Notes: generated by a model not told the origin, from the sequence alone. Shown: positions 39,341-50,038, numbered from the stretch's first letter. The stretch: 64,000 nucleotides of DNA from an uncultured Solibacteraceae bacterium (GCA_964633285.1 CAZWGA010000029.1:592-64591), one strand, 5' to 3'. Program-made: numbers and translations.

Positions 39341-39412
39341 GGGCGCGGGTGTAAAACCCGCGACTACGTACTCGGATCCAAGTTTGTAGCCGCGGGTTTC
39401 ATACCCGCGCCC
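39341..39412. repeat. Pair of inverted 22-nt near-identical hairpin repeats (gggcgcgggtNNNaaacccgcg) 28 nt apart, spanning the hisIE 3' end and the hisIE-trpE gap
   Basis: 39341-39362 and the reverse complement of 39391-39412 differ only in 3 loop bases; each is itself a 7-bp stem plus 5-nt loop; a T-rich tract follows on the plus strand. Confidence 0.7.
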
Positions 39413-40011
39413 TGTTTTCTTTTCTGTAATTCCTCCGCAATGTCATCGAGCGAAATTCCTCTCTCGACGAGCAAAACGAGCAGGTGGTAAATCAAATCTC
39501 CTGTTTCCGAAACCAGACGCTCATCTCCCGCGTTCTTCGCAGCGACGATGGTCTCCGTCGCTTCTTCTCCGACTTTTTTCAGGATCTTGTCCAGGCCGCT
39601 GTTGAATAGATACGTCGTGTAGCTTCCTTCCGGCCGCTGTTCCTTCCGCTGCGCGATCACGGCGTACAATTCTCTCAACACACCTTCAATCCGCGGCTCG
39701 ACACCGAAACACGAATACGATCCCGTGTGGCACGCGGGCCCGGTGGGATCGACCTCGACCAGAACGGCATCCTCGTCGCAATCGAGTTTGAGGCTGACGA
39801 CTCTCTGAAAATGGCCGGAAGTCTCGCCCTTGTGCCAGAGCTGGCTCCGGCTCCGGCTCCAGAAGTAGGTTTCGCCGCGTTCGATCGTGAGCTGGAGCGC
39901 TTCCTTGTTCATGTAGGCAACAGTCAGTACTTCCCGTGAGCGCGCATGCTGCACGATTGCGGGAATGAGTCCATCCGGGCCGAACTTTGCCTTTTGAAGA
40001 ATGTCGCTCAT
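39364..40011 (-). CDS. hisI: Bifunctional phosphoribosyl-AMP cyclohydrolase / phosphoribosyl-ATP pyrophosphatase
   Basis: HisI 'CH...C' zinc motif region and HisE 'EExxE' MazG-like C-terminal half; the last ~17 codons read through the inverted-repeat element. Confidence 0.88.
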   Translation of the reverse strand: MSDILQKAKFGPDGLIPAIVQHARSREVLTVAYMNKEALQLTIERGETYFWSRSRSQLWHKGETSGHFQRVVSLKLDCDEDAVLVEVDPTGPACHTGSYSCFGVEPRIEGVLRELYAVIAQRKEQRPEGSYTTYLFNSGLDKILKKVGEEATETIVAAKNAGDERLVSETGDLIYHLLVLLVERGISLDDIAEELQKRKQGAGMKPAATNLDPST

Positions 40012-40760
40012 CGAACCACAACTCCATGGCTGCTGAGAAAAGTCTTCGCTTGAGAAATCGTGGCTTCGCGGAAATGGAATATCGATGCGGCGAGAACCGC
40101 GCTGGCCGCGCCTTCGGTCAATCCCTGATAAAGGTGATCGAGAGTGCCTGCGCCGCCGGAGGCAATCACCGGAATCTGAACCGAATCCGCCACGCGGCGG
40201 GTCAGATCGGTGTCATAGCCGTTCTTTGTTCCATCGGCATCCATGCTCGTTAACAGGATTTCACCCGCGCCGAGGTCGGCGACGATCTCGGCCCATTCGA
40301 CGGCGTCCCGATCGGTGCGCACACGGCCGCCGTGTGTGTATACCTTCGCTCCACCGTATTCGCGCCGCGCATCAATCGCGACGACGATGCACTGGCTTCC
40401 GAATCGTTCCGCGGATTTTTGAACGATATAAGGATCTTCGACGGCCGATGTATTCAGCGAAACCTTGTCCGCGCCGCATCGCAGGATTTCCTGAATGTCG
40501 TCAACGTTGCGCAGGCCGCCGCCCACAGTGAACGGAATATTGATGGTGTCGGCCACGCGCCGCACCATTTCGCTGACGATATTGCGGCGATCGGAAGAAG
40601 CGGTGATATCGAGGAACACGAGTTCGTCGGCGCCTTCTTCGGAATAGCGCAGGCCGCATTCCACGGGATCGCCGGCATCGCGCAGATTCACGAAATGAAT
40701 GCCTTTCACAACGCGTCCGTCTTTCACATCGAGGCAGGGAATGATTCGCTTAGCCAGCAT
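40008..40760 (-). CDS. hisF: Imidazole glycerol phosphate synthase cyclase subunit
   Basis: '[20 protein letters not shown]' canonical HisF start (the ORF-track 5' extension is rejected). Confidence 0.92.
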   Translation of the reverse strand: MLAKRIIPCLDVKDGRVVKGIHFVNLRDAGDPVECGLRYSEEGADELVFLDITASSDRRNIVSEMVRRVADTINIPFTVGGGLRNVDDIQEILRCGADKVSLNTSAVEDPYIVQKSAERFGSQCIVVAIDARREYGGAKVYTHGGRVRTDRDAVEWAEIVADLGAGEILLTSMDADGTKNGYDTDLTRRVADSVQIPVIASGGAGTLDHLYQGLTEGAASAVLAASIFHFREATISQAKTFLSSHGVVVR

Positions 40761-41472
40761 TTGCCAATGCCTCCTCGATTTGAATTTTGCCTTCGTACAG
40801 CGCCTTCCCGATGATGACGCCGTCGAGCCTCCAGTGATCCAGTTCCGCAAGCCGGTGCAGATCGGCAATCGACGAAACACCGCCGGAGGCGATCACGGAC
40901 AACTCGGTGTTCTCCAGCATCTCGCGCGTTGCCGCGACATTCGGACCGGTGAGAACGCCGTCGCGTGAAATGTCCGTATAAATCACAAGGCGGGCGCCGA
41001 GATCCTGAAGGCGATTCGCGAGATCAAGCGCCGGAATGTTGGAGTCTTCGGTCCAGCCGGAGACCTGCACATAGCTGTCGCGCGCATCAATGCCGATCGC
41101 AATGTTGTGCGGATGGCCCGCGAGCGCGACTTTCACGAAGTCCTGATCCTGGACTGCCGCCGTTCCCAGAACGACGCGCTGAATTCCGGCGTCGAGCAGA
41201 TTTTCAACGGCAGCCATATTTCTTATTCCCCCGCCTACCTCGATTTTTGCGCCCGGCACGGCGGCGATCATTTGTTTGAGAAGGCCGATATTCGCGGGCC
41301 TGCCATCGAATGCGCCATCCAGATCGACGACATGCAGCCACTCCGCTCCACGCGAAACCCACTTCGCGGCCATTTCGACGGGATCGCCATAAACCGTAGC
41401 GTCGCTCTTACGGCCTTGCTTGAGCCGGACGGCTTTGCCGCCCAGAATATCGATTGCCGGATAAATCTTCAT
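40750..41472 (-). CDS. hisA: ProFAR isomerase
   Basis: '[20 protein letters not shown]' HisA N-terminus. Confidence 0.92.
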   Translation of the reverse strand: MKIYPAIDILGGKAVRLKQGRKSDATVYGDPVEMAAKWVSRGAEWLHVVDLDGAFDGRPANIGLLKQMIAAVPGAKIEVGGGIRNMAAVENLLDAGIQRVVLGTAAVQDQDFVKVALAGHPHNIAIGIDARDSYVQVSGWTEDSNIPALDLANRLQDLGARLVIYTDISRDGVLTGPNVAATREMLENTELSVIASGGVSSIADLHRLAELDHWRLDGVIIGKALYEGKIQIEEALANAG

Positions 41473-42068
41473 AATCGCGCAAAATTATCGAGAAGGCGTT
41501 CGCCCACGTGTTGACTCTTCTCAGGATGAAACTGAGTCGCCCATATATTCTTCGAACGCACGATCGCAGTGAATTCCATTTCATAGTCGGTAGTGGCAAG
41601 GACGATATCCTGCGACTCCGGCTCGATGTAATACGAGTGCACGAAATAAACGAAACTTGATTCCAGCACCCCTTCCGTCAAACCGTCGGCCTTTTTCGGA
41701 TGCAACTGATTCCAGCCCATGTGCGGTACACGCAGATGCGACGGAAGCCGGACAGCGCGGCCCTTCATGAGATTCAGTCCTTCGTGACGCCCAAACTCTT
41801 CGCTCTCGCTGAACAGAAGGTGCATGCCCAGGCAAATGCCCAGAGCCGGCGTTCCCGTCCGCACCTTTTCGATGAAGGGTTCTGCGAGACCGTACTGCTT
41901 CAGATTGCGCATTCCGTCGCCGAAAGCGCCCACACCGGGAAGCACGAGCTTCGTGGCTGCGCGAATGTCGCCTGCATTCGACGTTACAAGCACGTCGTGA
42001 CCGAGCCTGCGGAGCGTGTTCTCAAGGCTCCGGAGGTTGTTCAACTTGTAATCGACGACAGTAATCAC
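41469..42068 (-). CDS. hisH: Imidazole glycerol phosphate synthase glutaminase subunit
   Basis: GATase 'GICLGMHLL' catalytic Cys, 'HPE'. Confidence 0.92.
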   Translation of the reverse strand: MITVVDYKLNNLRSLENTLRRLGHDVLVTSNAGDIRAATKLVLPGVGAFGDGMRNLKQYGLAEPFIEKVRTGTPALGICLGMHLLFSESEEFGRHEGLNLMKGRAVRLPSHLRVPHMGWNQLHPKKADGLTEGVLESSFVYFVHSYYIEPESQDIVLATTDYEMEFTAIVRSKNIWATQFHPEKSQHVGERLLDNFARL

Positions 42069-42649
42069 AGCACACCCTTCGTCGAAGGTATCTCGGCATG
42101 TTCCACGCGCGTGGCGGCGTGCATGGCGCGCGCGGTCGCTTTGAAAATGGTTTCCGCGATGTGATGCTGGTTGCGGCCATACAGGTTTTCGACGTGAAGA
42201 TTGAACCGGCCCTCCTGAACAAACGCTTTCAGGAATTCTTCAATCAACTCCGTCTGAAGATCGCCCACGCGAGCCGCTTTGAATTCGGCTTTGTATACGA
42301 GATAAGGACGTCCCGACAAATCGATCACAACTCGCGTGAGCGCTTCGTCGAGCGGAACATAAGCGTGGCCAAATCGCACGATGCCGCGCCTGTCGCCGAG
42401 GGCTTCCCGAAGGGCCTGTCCCAGAACCCAACCGACGTCTTCCACCGTGTGATGCCCGTCGATTTCGAGATCACCCTTGGCCGCGACATCCAGATCGAAA
42501 TGTCCATGCCGCGCCAGTTGAGCAAGCATGTGATCGAAGAACGGAATGCCGGTCGCAACCTGATGAGCCCCGGTACCGTCGAGATTGAGGCTCACACGGA
42601 TGTCGGTTTCATTGGTCTTTCTGGATTGGACTGCTTTTCGTGGATTCAT
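42065..42649 (-). CDS. hisB: Imidazoleglycerol-phosphate dehydratase
   Basis: 'RKTNETDIRVSLNLDG...HHTVEDVGWVLGQA' IGPD motifs; start set at MNPRK, which gives an ATGA overlap with hisC. Confidence 0.9.
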   Translation of the reverse strand: MNPRKAVQSRKTNETDIRVSLNLDGTGAHQVATGIPFFDHMLAQLARHGHFDLDVAAKGDLEIDGHHTVEDVGWVLGQALREALGDRRGIVRFGHAYVPLDEALTRVVIDLSGRPYLVYKAEFKAARVGDLQTELIEEFLKAFVQEGRFNLHVENLYGRNQHHIAETIFKATARAMHAATRVEHAEIPSTKGVL

Positions 42650-43725
42650 CGCCGGTTCTCCAAAGCCTTGTCGAGCGCTGCAAGAAATCGATTGTTTTCT
42701 TCCGCCGTTCCAATCGAAATGCGCAGGCAACGTTCGAGCAGCGGATACGAGCTGACATCGCGCACAAGCACACCCATGCCATAAAGCGTTTCGAACAGCT
42801 CGCGCGCGGGCTGTTCGGTTCGAACGAGAATGAAATTAGCTTTTGATGGAAACGCGCGGATAGCCGGCCGCTTTTGAAGTTCGGCAAACACGCGCTCGCG
42901 TTCCCGGATAAGCGTCGAAATACCGTGGTTCAGGACCGCGCGATTTTCGATCACGATTTCGGCTGCGGTGAGAGTGAAGATATTGACGTTGTATGGCAGC
43001 TTCGATTTGTAGACCTCTCGAGCGATCTCCGGATGAGCCATCATGTAGCCGAATCGCAATCCGGCCATCGCCATCGCTTTCGAGAACGTGCGAAGCACAA
43101 CCAGGTTTCGATATTCGGAAAGCAGGGGAAATGCCGTCTGTTCGCTGAACTCGTGATAAGCCTCGTCCACAATGACGAGACCTTTGGCATTCTTCAAAAC
43201 GGAAACCAACGCTTCCCGCGAGAGAAGATTTCCCGTCGGGTTGTTCGGCGTGCAGACCACGACCACATCGGATGTTCTCGAAGCCTGGATCAGCCCGTCG
43301 GCGTCAAACTCAAAATCGTCCGTCCGCAGGAATACCTGGTCGACTGTGGCTTGCAGCGCGGTAGCCATCAATTTGTAGAGCGTGAACGTTGGCTGAGGCA
43401 CGGCCAGCCGGCGGCCCGGTCCGAGCGTGACTGTAAGAGAGGCCTGGATCAATTCGTTTGAACCATTGCCGACCAGTATTCCGTCTTCCGGCCAACCCGT
43501 GAACCTCGCCAGCGTCCGAATCACCGCCGCCGGAATGAATTCGGGATAGCGGCCCCACGGACGGCGCAATACGCGATCCGCAACTTCCCGTTTGATATCG
43601 CCGGGAAGTTCGTAGGGATTCTCGTTCTGGTCGAGCTTAACGTCGGCGTCCACATGCTTGAGTGTGTAGGCAGCGAGCCCACGCACTTCAGGCTTTATGA
43701 CGCCGGACGGTGATGGATCTGGCAT
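42646..43725 (-). CDS. hisC: Histidinol-phosphate aminotransferase
   Basis: Class-II aminotransferase, PLP lysine in 'FSKAMAMAGLRFGY'. Confidence 0.9.
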   Translation of the reverse strand: MPDPSPSGVIKPEVRGLAAYTLKHVDADVKLDQNENPYELPGDIKREVADRVLRRPWGRYPEFIPAAVIRTLARFTGWPEDGILVGNGSNELIQASLTVTLGPGRRLAVPQPTFTLYKLMATALQATVDQVFLRTDDFEFDADGLIQASRTSDVVVVCTPNNPTGNLLSREALVSVLKNAKGLVIVDEAYHEFSEQTAFPLLSEYRNLVVLRTFSKAMAMAGLRFGYMMAHPEIAREVYKSKLPYNVNIFTLTAAEIVIENRAVLNHGISTLIRERERVFAELQKRPAIRAFPSKANFILVRTEQPARELFETLYGMGVLVRDVSSYPLLERCLRISIGTAEENNRFLAALDKALENRR

Positions 43726-44980
43726 GTCCTGTTAATCCTTCGGCAATTGCAAATTTTTCGATCATTCCTCCGAACTGCTCGATAGCGCGTCCGGAGTAGC
43801 GAATGATGCTGGTACGTTTCAGAAAATCCGGGACTCCCAACGGCGAGAAAAATCTCGCGGTGCGATTTGTCGGCAGCACATGACTTGGTCCCGCAAAATA
43901 ATCACCGACAACCGTGGGCGCATATCGGCCGATAAAGACAGCACCGGCGTTGCGGATGTTGTCGGAGACGTGTTCGGGTTCGGCCATCAACACTTCCACA
44001 TGTTCAGGCGCGATGTGGTTCACGAGATCGATGGCATCATCCCTTTCGGCCACGATGAAAATGATGCCCTTATTAACGACTGCGGCCCGCGCGATCGCGC
44101 TTCGATCCAGGATTTCCAATTGAGCCTGCACTTCATCGAATACGGATGCGGCGACTTCTCTGGACCACGTAACGAGCCACACGCCTGCCATTTCGTCGTG
44201 TTCCGCTTGCGCCAGAAGATCGGCGGCAATCCAGGATGGATCGCATGTTTCATCTGCGATGATGGCGACTTCGCTGGGTCCGGCAACCATGTCGATATCG
44301 ACTGTTCCATACACCTGCCGTTTCGCCGACTGCACATACTGGTTTCCCGGGCCGACGACCTTCTGTACCTTTGGAATGGTTTCCGTGCCGTAAGCAATCG
44401 CGCCGATGGCATGTGCGCCGCCAATCCGATACACCTCGTTCAGGCCGAGCAATTTCAAGGCGGCAGCCACGAGAGGATTCTCTTCAAGCGATCGCGGCGG
44501 AGTCACAACAACAATGCGTTCAACTCCCGCAACCTGAGCGGGAATGGCGTTCATCAGAACGGATGAAGGATAAGCGGCCTTGCCGCCGGGAATGTAAACT
44601 CCCGCGCTGGCGAGCGGGGTCTGCCGAACGCCCAGCCGAACACCGTCGCCTGCGTAGAATTCCCACGATTCATCCATCTGCTGCTCGTGAAAATCGCGGA
44701 CGTTCTTCGCGGCCCGCTTCAGAATCTCAACGAGCTCGTCGTCTGCGCCCGCTGCATATTCATGGATGTGTTTTTCGGGAACACGCATAAGCTCCGGCGT
44801 CAGATTGAATTCATCAAAACGGCGCGTGTACGCGCAAACGGCCTCATCGCCCTTCCGCCGTACATCGTCGAGAATGCCGCGTACCGCTGTTTCCACTTTG
44901 TCTTCCCCATCATTGGAAGCTGAAAGCAGCGCATCCACTTCCCGAAAATCAAGCGCGGCGGTCAGATCGGCGATTCTCAT
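43688..44980 (-). CDS. hisD: Histidinol dehydrogenase
   Basis: 430 aa with conserved HisD Zn/NAD motifs ('AGPSEV', 'HDE..AQAEHD'). Confidence 0.92.
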   Translation of the reverse strand: MRIADLTAALDFREVDALLSASNDGEDKVETAVRGILDDVRRKGDEAVCAYTRRFDEFNLTPELMRVPEKHIHEYAAGADDELVEILKRAAKNVRDFHEQQMDESWEFYAGDGVRLGVRQTPLASAGVYIPGGKAAYPSSVLMNAIPAQVAGVERIVVVTPPRSLEENPLVAAALKLLGLNEVYRIGGAHAIGAIAYGTETIPKVQKVVGPGNQYVQSAKRQVYGTVDIDMVAGPSEVAIIADETCDPSWIAADLLAQAEHDEMAGVWLVTWSREVAASVFDEVQAQLEILDRSAIARAAVVNKGIIFIVAERDDAIDLVNHIAPEHVEVLMAEPEHVSDNIRNAGAVFIGRYAPTVVGDYFAGPSHVLPTNRTARFFSPLGVPDFLKRTSIIRYSGRAIEQFGGMIEKFAIAEGLTGHARSITVRRHKA

Positions 44981-45609
44981 TGGATTGCCTTCTGCAGTGC
45001 TTGAATCAGATTCAGTACTTCAATTTGTTTGGTCTGGTACCCGGCGCGATTGATCAACAACCGGGCCGAGCTCTCCGTAATCACTTCCACGACTTCGAGG
45101 CCGTTTTCTTTTAACGTGCGTCCGGTTTCGACGAGATCCACAATGCGATCCGCGAGGCCGATCAACGGCGCGAGTTCGATCGATCCGGACAGTGAAATGA
45201 TTTCGACCGGAATGCCCTTCGCGGTGAAGTGCTCCAGCGTGATCCGCGGATATTTAGTCGCCACGCGGATGGTGGGCGAATTCGAGGGGGTGCGTCCCTC
45301 GAATTCCCCCTTCACTCCTGCCACAACCAATTTGCAATATCCGAATTTCAAATCCATCGGCTGCAGAACATCGGCGCGCGATTCGAGAAGCACGTCGCGG
45401 CCGGCGATCCCGATATCAGCGGCTCCATACTCCACATAAGTTGCCACGTCGGCCGGCTTCACAAGCACCGCCCGGAATCGTTTGTCTTCGGCCTCGAAGA
45501 TCAGTTTTCTTGATGAAGCGACATCCTCGGAAAAGCGAACGCCTGCGCGCGCCAACACTTCGAGCGAAGGATCGAGGAACCGGCCTTTGCAGAGCGCCAT
45601 TACAAGCAC
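44977..45609 (-). CDS. hisG: ATP phosphoribosyltransferase, short form
   Basis: 'ALCKGRF' N-terminal motif; ~205 aa short HisG that requires HisZ; the start may be at M4. Confidence 0.88.
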   Translation of the reverse strand: MLVMALCKGRFLDPSLEVLARAGVRFSEDVASSRKLIFEAEDKRFRAVLVKPADVATYVEYGAADIGIAGRDVLLESRADVLQPMDLKFGYCKLVVAGVKGEFEGRTPSNSPTIRVATKYPRITLEHFTAKGIPVEIISLSGSIELAPLIGLADRIVDLVETGRTLKENGLEVVEVITESSARLLINRAGYQTKQIEVLNLIQALQKAIQ

Positions 45610-46682
45610 AGTTTCACCGCCTTGCCGGATCTTCGAAGTTCGATAGCTTTTTCGAAACTCTGCTTCACTTCGACAACAGCCGTATCGTCATCCGAGACTT
45701 TCAATGTTGGAGTGACGATTTGCTCGAGACGATCGAGGCTGAATGAAAAACCAACCGCCGGAAGATCCTCGCCGAAGGCCGCGGGAAGTCCGTCGTAACG
45801 GCCTCCGCTCGCGACTTCGAATCCGAAGTCGCGGACGTAAGCCCTGAAGAGAATTCCGGTGTAGTAATCGAAACCACGAATCTCACCGAGGTCGATCGTG
45901 AGGTGTTTCGCCAGATCCAGCTTTTCAAAGATGGAATAGATTTCGTCCAGATGATCCAGCGCCGCGACCGATCGGGGATTCTTCACGAGGCCGCGCGCTT
46001 TTGCGATGATCGATTTGTCTCCAGTGAGATGAAGCATGGAACGCAGAATGGTTTTCCGCTTGTCTTCAAGAGAAAGCTTTTCGAGAAGGGATTCCAGTCC
46101 AGGCTGATCTTTGACGTTCAACACATCTTTCAGCGCAGCGATCTGTTCGTCCGGCAGATCCATTCGATCGACGAGTCCGCCGAAGAAATCCACGCTCCCC
46201 AGGTTGATCTGAAAGCCTTGAATGCCGAGTCTTTGAAATGTTTCAACGGCAACCAGGAGAATTTCGATGTCCGCCGTTTTTCGTTCGCCTCCGTAATGCT
46301 CGATCCCGGTCTGCGCGAATTCGCGTTGCCTGCCGCCTTTGGGTTTCTCGAATCGGAGGACTTCGCCGGAATAAAAAAGGCGGATCGGTTTGGGCGACGC
46401 AGCCAGCCGCGTGGCGACAGTCTTGGCAACGAGAGAAGTGAACTCGGGACGAAGCGCAAGAATATTTCCTTCCCTGTCGATGAAGCGATAGATGTGCTCT
46501 TCCTCACCGCTGCCCATGCCTTTTGCGAAGACCTCGAAGTAATCGAACATCGGCGGAACGATCTCTTCGTAGGACCAGCCCTCGAAAACAGCGCAGATCT
46601 CCCGTTCGAGCACACGGCGCCGCCGCGCTGCCTGTCCAATGAGAATCTGTGTTCCCGGAGGAATCTGCGTATGGGACTTCAT
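45600..46682 (-). CDS. hisZ: ATP phosphoribosyltransferase regulatory subunit (HisS paralog)
   Basis: Class-II aaRS-like fold ('RFEKPKGGRQREFAQTGIE'); adjacent to the short hisG. Confidence 0.8.
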   Translation of the reverse strand: MKSHTQIPPGTQILIGQAARRRRVLEREICAVFEGWSYEEIVPPMFDYFEVFAKGMGSGEEEHIYRFIDREGNILALRPEFTSLVAKTVATRLAASPKPIRLFYSGEVLRFEKPKGGRQREFAQTGIEHYGGERKTADIEILLVAVETFQRLGIQGFQINLGSVDFFGGLVDRMDLPDEQIAALKDVLNVKDQPGLESLLEKLSLEDKRKTILRSMLHLTGDKSIIAKARGLVKNPRSVAALDHLDEIYSIFEKLDLAKHLTIDLGEIRGFDYYTGILFRAYVRDFGFEVASGGRYDGLPAAFGEDLPAVGFSFSLDRLEQIVTPTLKVSDDDTAVVEVKQSFEKAIELRRSGKAVKLCL

Positions 46683-46686
46683 AGCC

Positions 46687-47745
46687 TCATCCAATGAGCC
46701 CCTTCCGATACATGAGTTCGGCATTCAGGATCGCCGCGCCGGCGGCGCCTCGAACGGTGTTGTGGCTGAGCAACCGGAATTTGAAATCCAGAACGTTGCA
46801 TGGGCTGACAGGGCCGATGACCACAGCCATGCCGTCGCCGCGATCTCTGTCGCGGCGGGGCTGAGGCCGCTGCGGGTTTGATTCCAGCAGCATCACAGGC
46901 CTCGGAGCCGACGGCAATTTCAATTCATCGATCGGCGACATGAAATTGCGTAATGCGGCTTCGACCTGTTCGAGTGTCGCCCGGTCCCGGAGCTTCACGG
47001 AAACGGCTTCAAGGTGGCCATCGCGCACGTTGACTCGATGCGTCATCGCGCTCATGCGGATCTGTGCATCCACGAAACGGTTATCGTGCCATTTGCCGAG
47101 AATCTTCAGAGGCTCGGTTTCGATCTTGTGATCTTCGCCCCCCATATCGATGGCAGGGAGGACATTGTCGATGATGTCCAGCGACGCCACGCCCGGATAG
47201 CCGGCGCCGGAAAGCGCCTGCATGGTGACAACGTGCACCGCTTCGAGCGTGAATTTACGATGGAGCGCGGCCATCGGAAACATGAGACCGATTGTCGAAC
47301 AATTCGGATTCGTCACAATGAATCCCTTGCTTCCAATTCGCTTCCTCTGAAGTTCGAGCGCGTCGAGATGATCCGGATTGATTTCGGGAATGAGCAGCGG
47401 AACATCGGCCTTCATCCGGTGACTGCCGGCATTGGTGATCACCGGCACGGCGGATTTCGCCAGTTGAAGTTCGGTTTCTTCCGCGACAGACGACGGCAAT
47501 CCTGAGAGTACGAAGTCACAAGGCAAGCCCGGTTGGCAGGGCACAACCGTCATTTTCGCGACCGCGTCCGGAATCGAAGTGTCCAGCATCCAGCGTGTCG
47601 CCTGCGCATAGTTCTTGCCTGCGGAATTATCGGATGCGGCGACGGAGGACACTTCAAACCACGGATGTTTTTCGAGCAATTGAATCATCCGCTGACCGAC
47701 CGTTCCCGTTGCACCGAGTATTCCAACCTTTAGTTTCGTAGCCAT
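46687..47745 (-). CDS. asd: Aspartate-semialdehyde dehydrogenase
   Basis: 'KVGILGATGTVGQ' NAD motif, catalytic Cys 'NPNCSTI'. Confidence 0.9.
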   Translation of the reverse strand: MATKLKVGILGATGTVGQRMIQLLEKHPWFEVSSVAASDNSAGKNYAQATRWMLDTSIPDAVAKMTVVPCQPGLPCDFVLSGLPSSVAEETELQLAKSAVPVITNAGSHRMKADVPLLIPEINPDHLDALELQRKRIGSKGFIVTNPNCSTIGLMFPMAALHRKFTLEAVHVVTMQALSGAGYPGVASLDIIDNVLPAIDMGGEDHKIETEPLKILGKWHDNRFVDAQIRMSAMTHRVNVRDGHLEAVSVKLRDRATLEQVEAALRNFMSPIDELKLPSAPRPVMLLESNPQRPQPRRDRDRGDGMAVVIGPVSPCNVLDFKFRLLSHNTVRGAAGAAILNAELMYRKGLIG

Positions 47746-47749
47746 CGAA

Positions 47750-48661
47750 TTACTCCGAACCTCCTATGACTCTTCCTTCAGTATCTATGCTGGCAACGTG
47801 CGGAAGCGCTTTCACGCCGTGCTTTTCAAACACTGCCGTGATTTCCCATCCAACGCTGTCTGCTTTTGCGGGCTCTGCGAAAGCAAAGATCGTCGGCCCG
47901 GCGCCACTCAGCGCGAGACCGTACATTCCGGGTGTCCGTAATGCGAGGATTTCGTCGAATCCGGGAATCAGCGACGAGCGATAAGGCTGGTGGATCCGGT
48001 CGTTCATGGCCTCCTGCAGGATCGGCCAGTTCCCGGTTGTCAGAGCGCCGATGATCAACGCCGAGCGTTGAATGTTGTAAACGGCGTCTTTCCGCGAATA
48101 CGTCTGCGGCAGCACAGCGCGCGCCTTCTCCGTGGATACTTCGAATTCAGGAATCACGATTACGCACTTCACGCCGTCCGCGACCTTGAGATTCGCAATG
48201 AAGACCTGGCTGTCCGCGCCCTGGCAAGCCGCGACGAGTCCTCCTCGAAGGGCAGGCGAAAGATTGTCCGGATGCGTCTCGAACTCAAACGCATATTTAA
48301 AGATCTCGGCCTCGCTGAGCCTGTCTTGAGTCATGAGTTCATAACAGGTGATGCCTGCGATGATCGCGGCGGCGCTCGAACCCAGCCCGCGCGCCAGCGG
48401 AATCTCGTTCGCAATCGTCATTCGAAACGGCGGCAGTTCCTTGTGACGAAGATTAGCGACGCGATTGGCGACACGAAGAATCAGGTTGTCCGCAGTCGTT
48501 GGAATCTCATTCGCATCGATTCCAAGTGCGACGATTTCTGTTTTAGATGAAGGCGCCAGACGCACGCGCAGATAGATTTCCAGCGCAAGGCCCAGTGCAT
48601 CGAAGCCGGCACCTAAATTCGAGGTGCCGGCCGGAACTCGAAATGAATAGTTTCGGCTCAT
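47750..48661 (-). CDS. thrB: Homoserine kinase (GHMP kinase)
   Basis: GHMP motif 'PLARGLGSSAAAI'; 303 aa. Confidence 0.85.
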   Translation of the reverse strand: MSRNYSFRVPAGTSNLGAGFDALGLALEIYLRVRLAPSSKTEIVALGIDANEIPTTADNLILRVANRVANLRHKELPPFRMTIANEIPLARGLGSSAAAIIAGITCYELMTQDRLSEAEIFKYAFEFETHPDNLSPALRGGLVAACQGADSQVFIANLKVADGVKCVIVIPEFEVSTEKARAVLPQTYSRKDAVYNIQRSALIIGALTTGNWPILQEAMNDRIHQPYRSSLIPGFDEILALRTPGMYGLALSGAGPTIFAFAEPAKADSVGWEITAVFEKHGVKALPHVASIDTEGRVIGGSE

Positions 48662-50037
48662 GACAATATTGTTTTCTCTTCAAAGATTTCAGAGGGCGCG
48701 CGATGACCCGTCCAGATTTCAAATTGCCGGGCCGCCTGCGCGAGAAACATCGTTGTGCCTTGGATGATCGTTTTACCCTGATCCCGAGCGGATTTCAGGA
48801 GGCGCGTTATCGGTGGATTATAAACCATGTCCAGCACGACCTCGGCCGGAATCGGCCCTTTGAACGGCATTGCGTCCACTCCCGGAAACATTCCCACGGG
48901 AGTGGCATTGATCAACAGATCACATCGATAGTTCGCCGCGCCCGGAATTTCCTGCCTTCCCAGTTGAATGACTTCCTTCGCGCCCTTTAACGCAACGACG
49001 GCGGCCCTTGCCGCTCCTCCACGGCCCAGAATCACAGCGATCTTATCGGCGTGATCAAAAGCCGCGGACGCGAGCGCAGCGCGAATTCCGTGCACGTCGG
49101 TGTTGTCGCCGATCCAGCCGCCATCCTTCCAGCTCACGGTATTCACGGCTCCGGCCTCACGCGCTTCCGCTGTCATGTTGCTTAAGAAAGGAATGACCGC
49201 GGTTTTGTGAGGAATCGTTACCGAAAAACCTTCGATGCCGATGGCGCGCGCATTCTCGAAGAAGTCGTTCACATCGCGAACCGGAAATTTGAGGTATTCA
49301 AAATCCAGATTGAGCAACTCGAACGCGCGATTATGAATGTTCGGAGAAAGCGAATGGCCCAAAGGATTGCCGATGACGCCGATCAGCTTTGTCTCGCGGT
49401 TGACGCGTCGGAATTTGTAAACATCTTTCATTTCCCGAACCGTGAGTTGCCCCGGCGCAGACGAGTTGCCGGAAACGGCCCACGTCAACAAGCTGCCTCT
49501 CGCAGGTCCGATCACGCGCGTCATCTGGCCCATGTCGCCCATGCCTGCAACGATGATGGGTTTGGGCCACGGCCGCGACATCAAATCCAGAAGCCGGCGA
49601 TTGTCGGACCACGAGTTCACCATGGTGGCTACCTTCGCGATCTGACCTTCGCTCGCGCAGGCTCGTTCCATAACGTTCGCGATTGTTTCCGGCGTTCCCG
49701 TGAAGTCGTGAAATGACGCGATAACCTCGGCGCCGGGAATCGGTCTGGAAAATCGATAGTCGATATCCACCATTCCCGCGCCGTTTTTCGCGGCATGTTC
49801 CAGAATGCGTATTTCTTCTTCAACCGATCCGGCGAATTCGCCGCCTTGTTCCTTTCCGCGGCATGTGGCAATTACCGGCAAAGGCAGACGGTCCCATCTT
49901 GCGTGGATGGATTCCTGTGGATGGGTCAGATAGTCGAGACGAACTTCGACGCAGTCTGCTCCCGATAAGTCCGAGGAAAAGACTTCGTCCAAACTCCGTG
50001 GAGTGAGGGGAACGCACAGCGCGCCTGGAGCCACCAT
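48658..50037 (-). CDS. Bifunctional type I 3-dehydroquinate dehydratase / shikimate 5-dehydrogenase fusion
   Basis: N-terminal AroD-like TIM region followed by an AroE fold ('GVIGNPLGHSLSP', 'ILGRGGAARA'); start set at MVAPGALC (the ORF-track 5' extension is rejected). Confidence 0.8.
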   Translation of the reverse strand: MVAPGALCVPLTPRSLDEVFSSDLSGADCVEVRLDYLTHPQESIHARWDRLPLPVIATCRGKEQGGEFAGSVEEEIRILEHAAKNGAGMVDIDYRFSRPIPGAEVIASFHDFTGTPETIANVMERACASEGQIAKVATMVNSWSDNRRLLDLMSRPWPKPIIVAGMGDMGQMTRVIGPARGSLLTWAVSGNSSAPGQLTVREMKDVYKFRRVNRETKLIGVIGNPLGHSLSPNIHNRAFELLNLDFEYLKFPVRDVNDFFENARAIGIEGFSVTIPHKTAVIPFLSNMTAEAREAGAVNTVSWKDGGWIGDNTDVHGIRAALASAAFDHADKIAVILGRGGAARAAVVALKGAKEVIQLGRQEIPGAANYRCDLLINATPVGMFPGVDAMPFKGPIPAEVVLDMVYNPPITRLLKSARDQGKTIIQGTTMFLAQAARQFEIWTGHRAPSEIFEEKTILS

Positions 50038-50038
50038 T

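Noticed and set aside
39327-39426. Classical trp attenuator or leader peptide upstream of trpE
   Set aside because: The only short ORF on the operon strand ([12 protein letters not shown], which is actually the hisIE tail) has no Trp codons, and there is no alternative antiterminator/terminator pairing with a U-tract on the operon strand.
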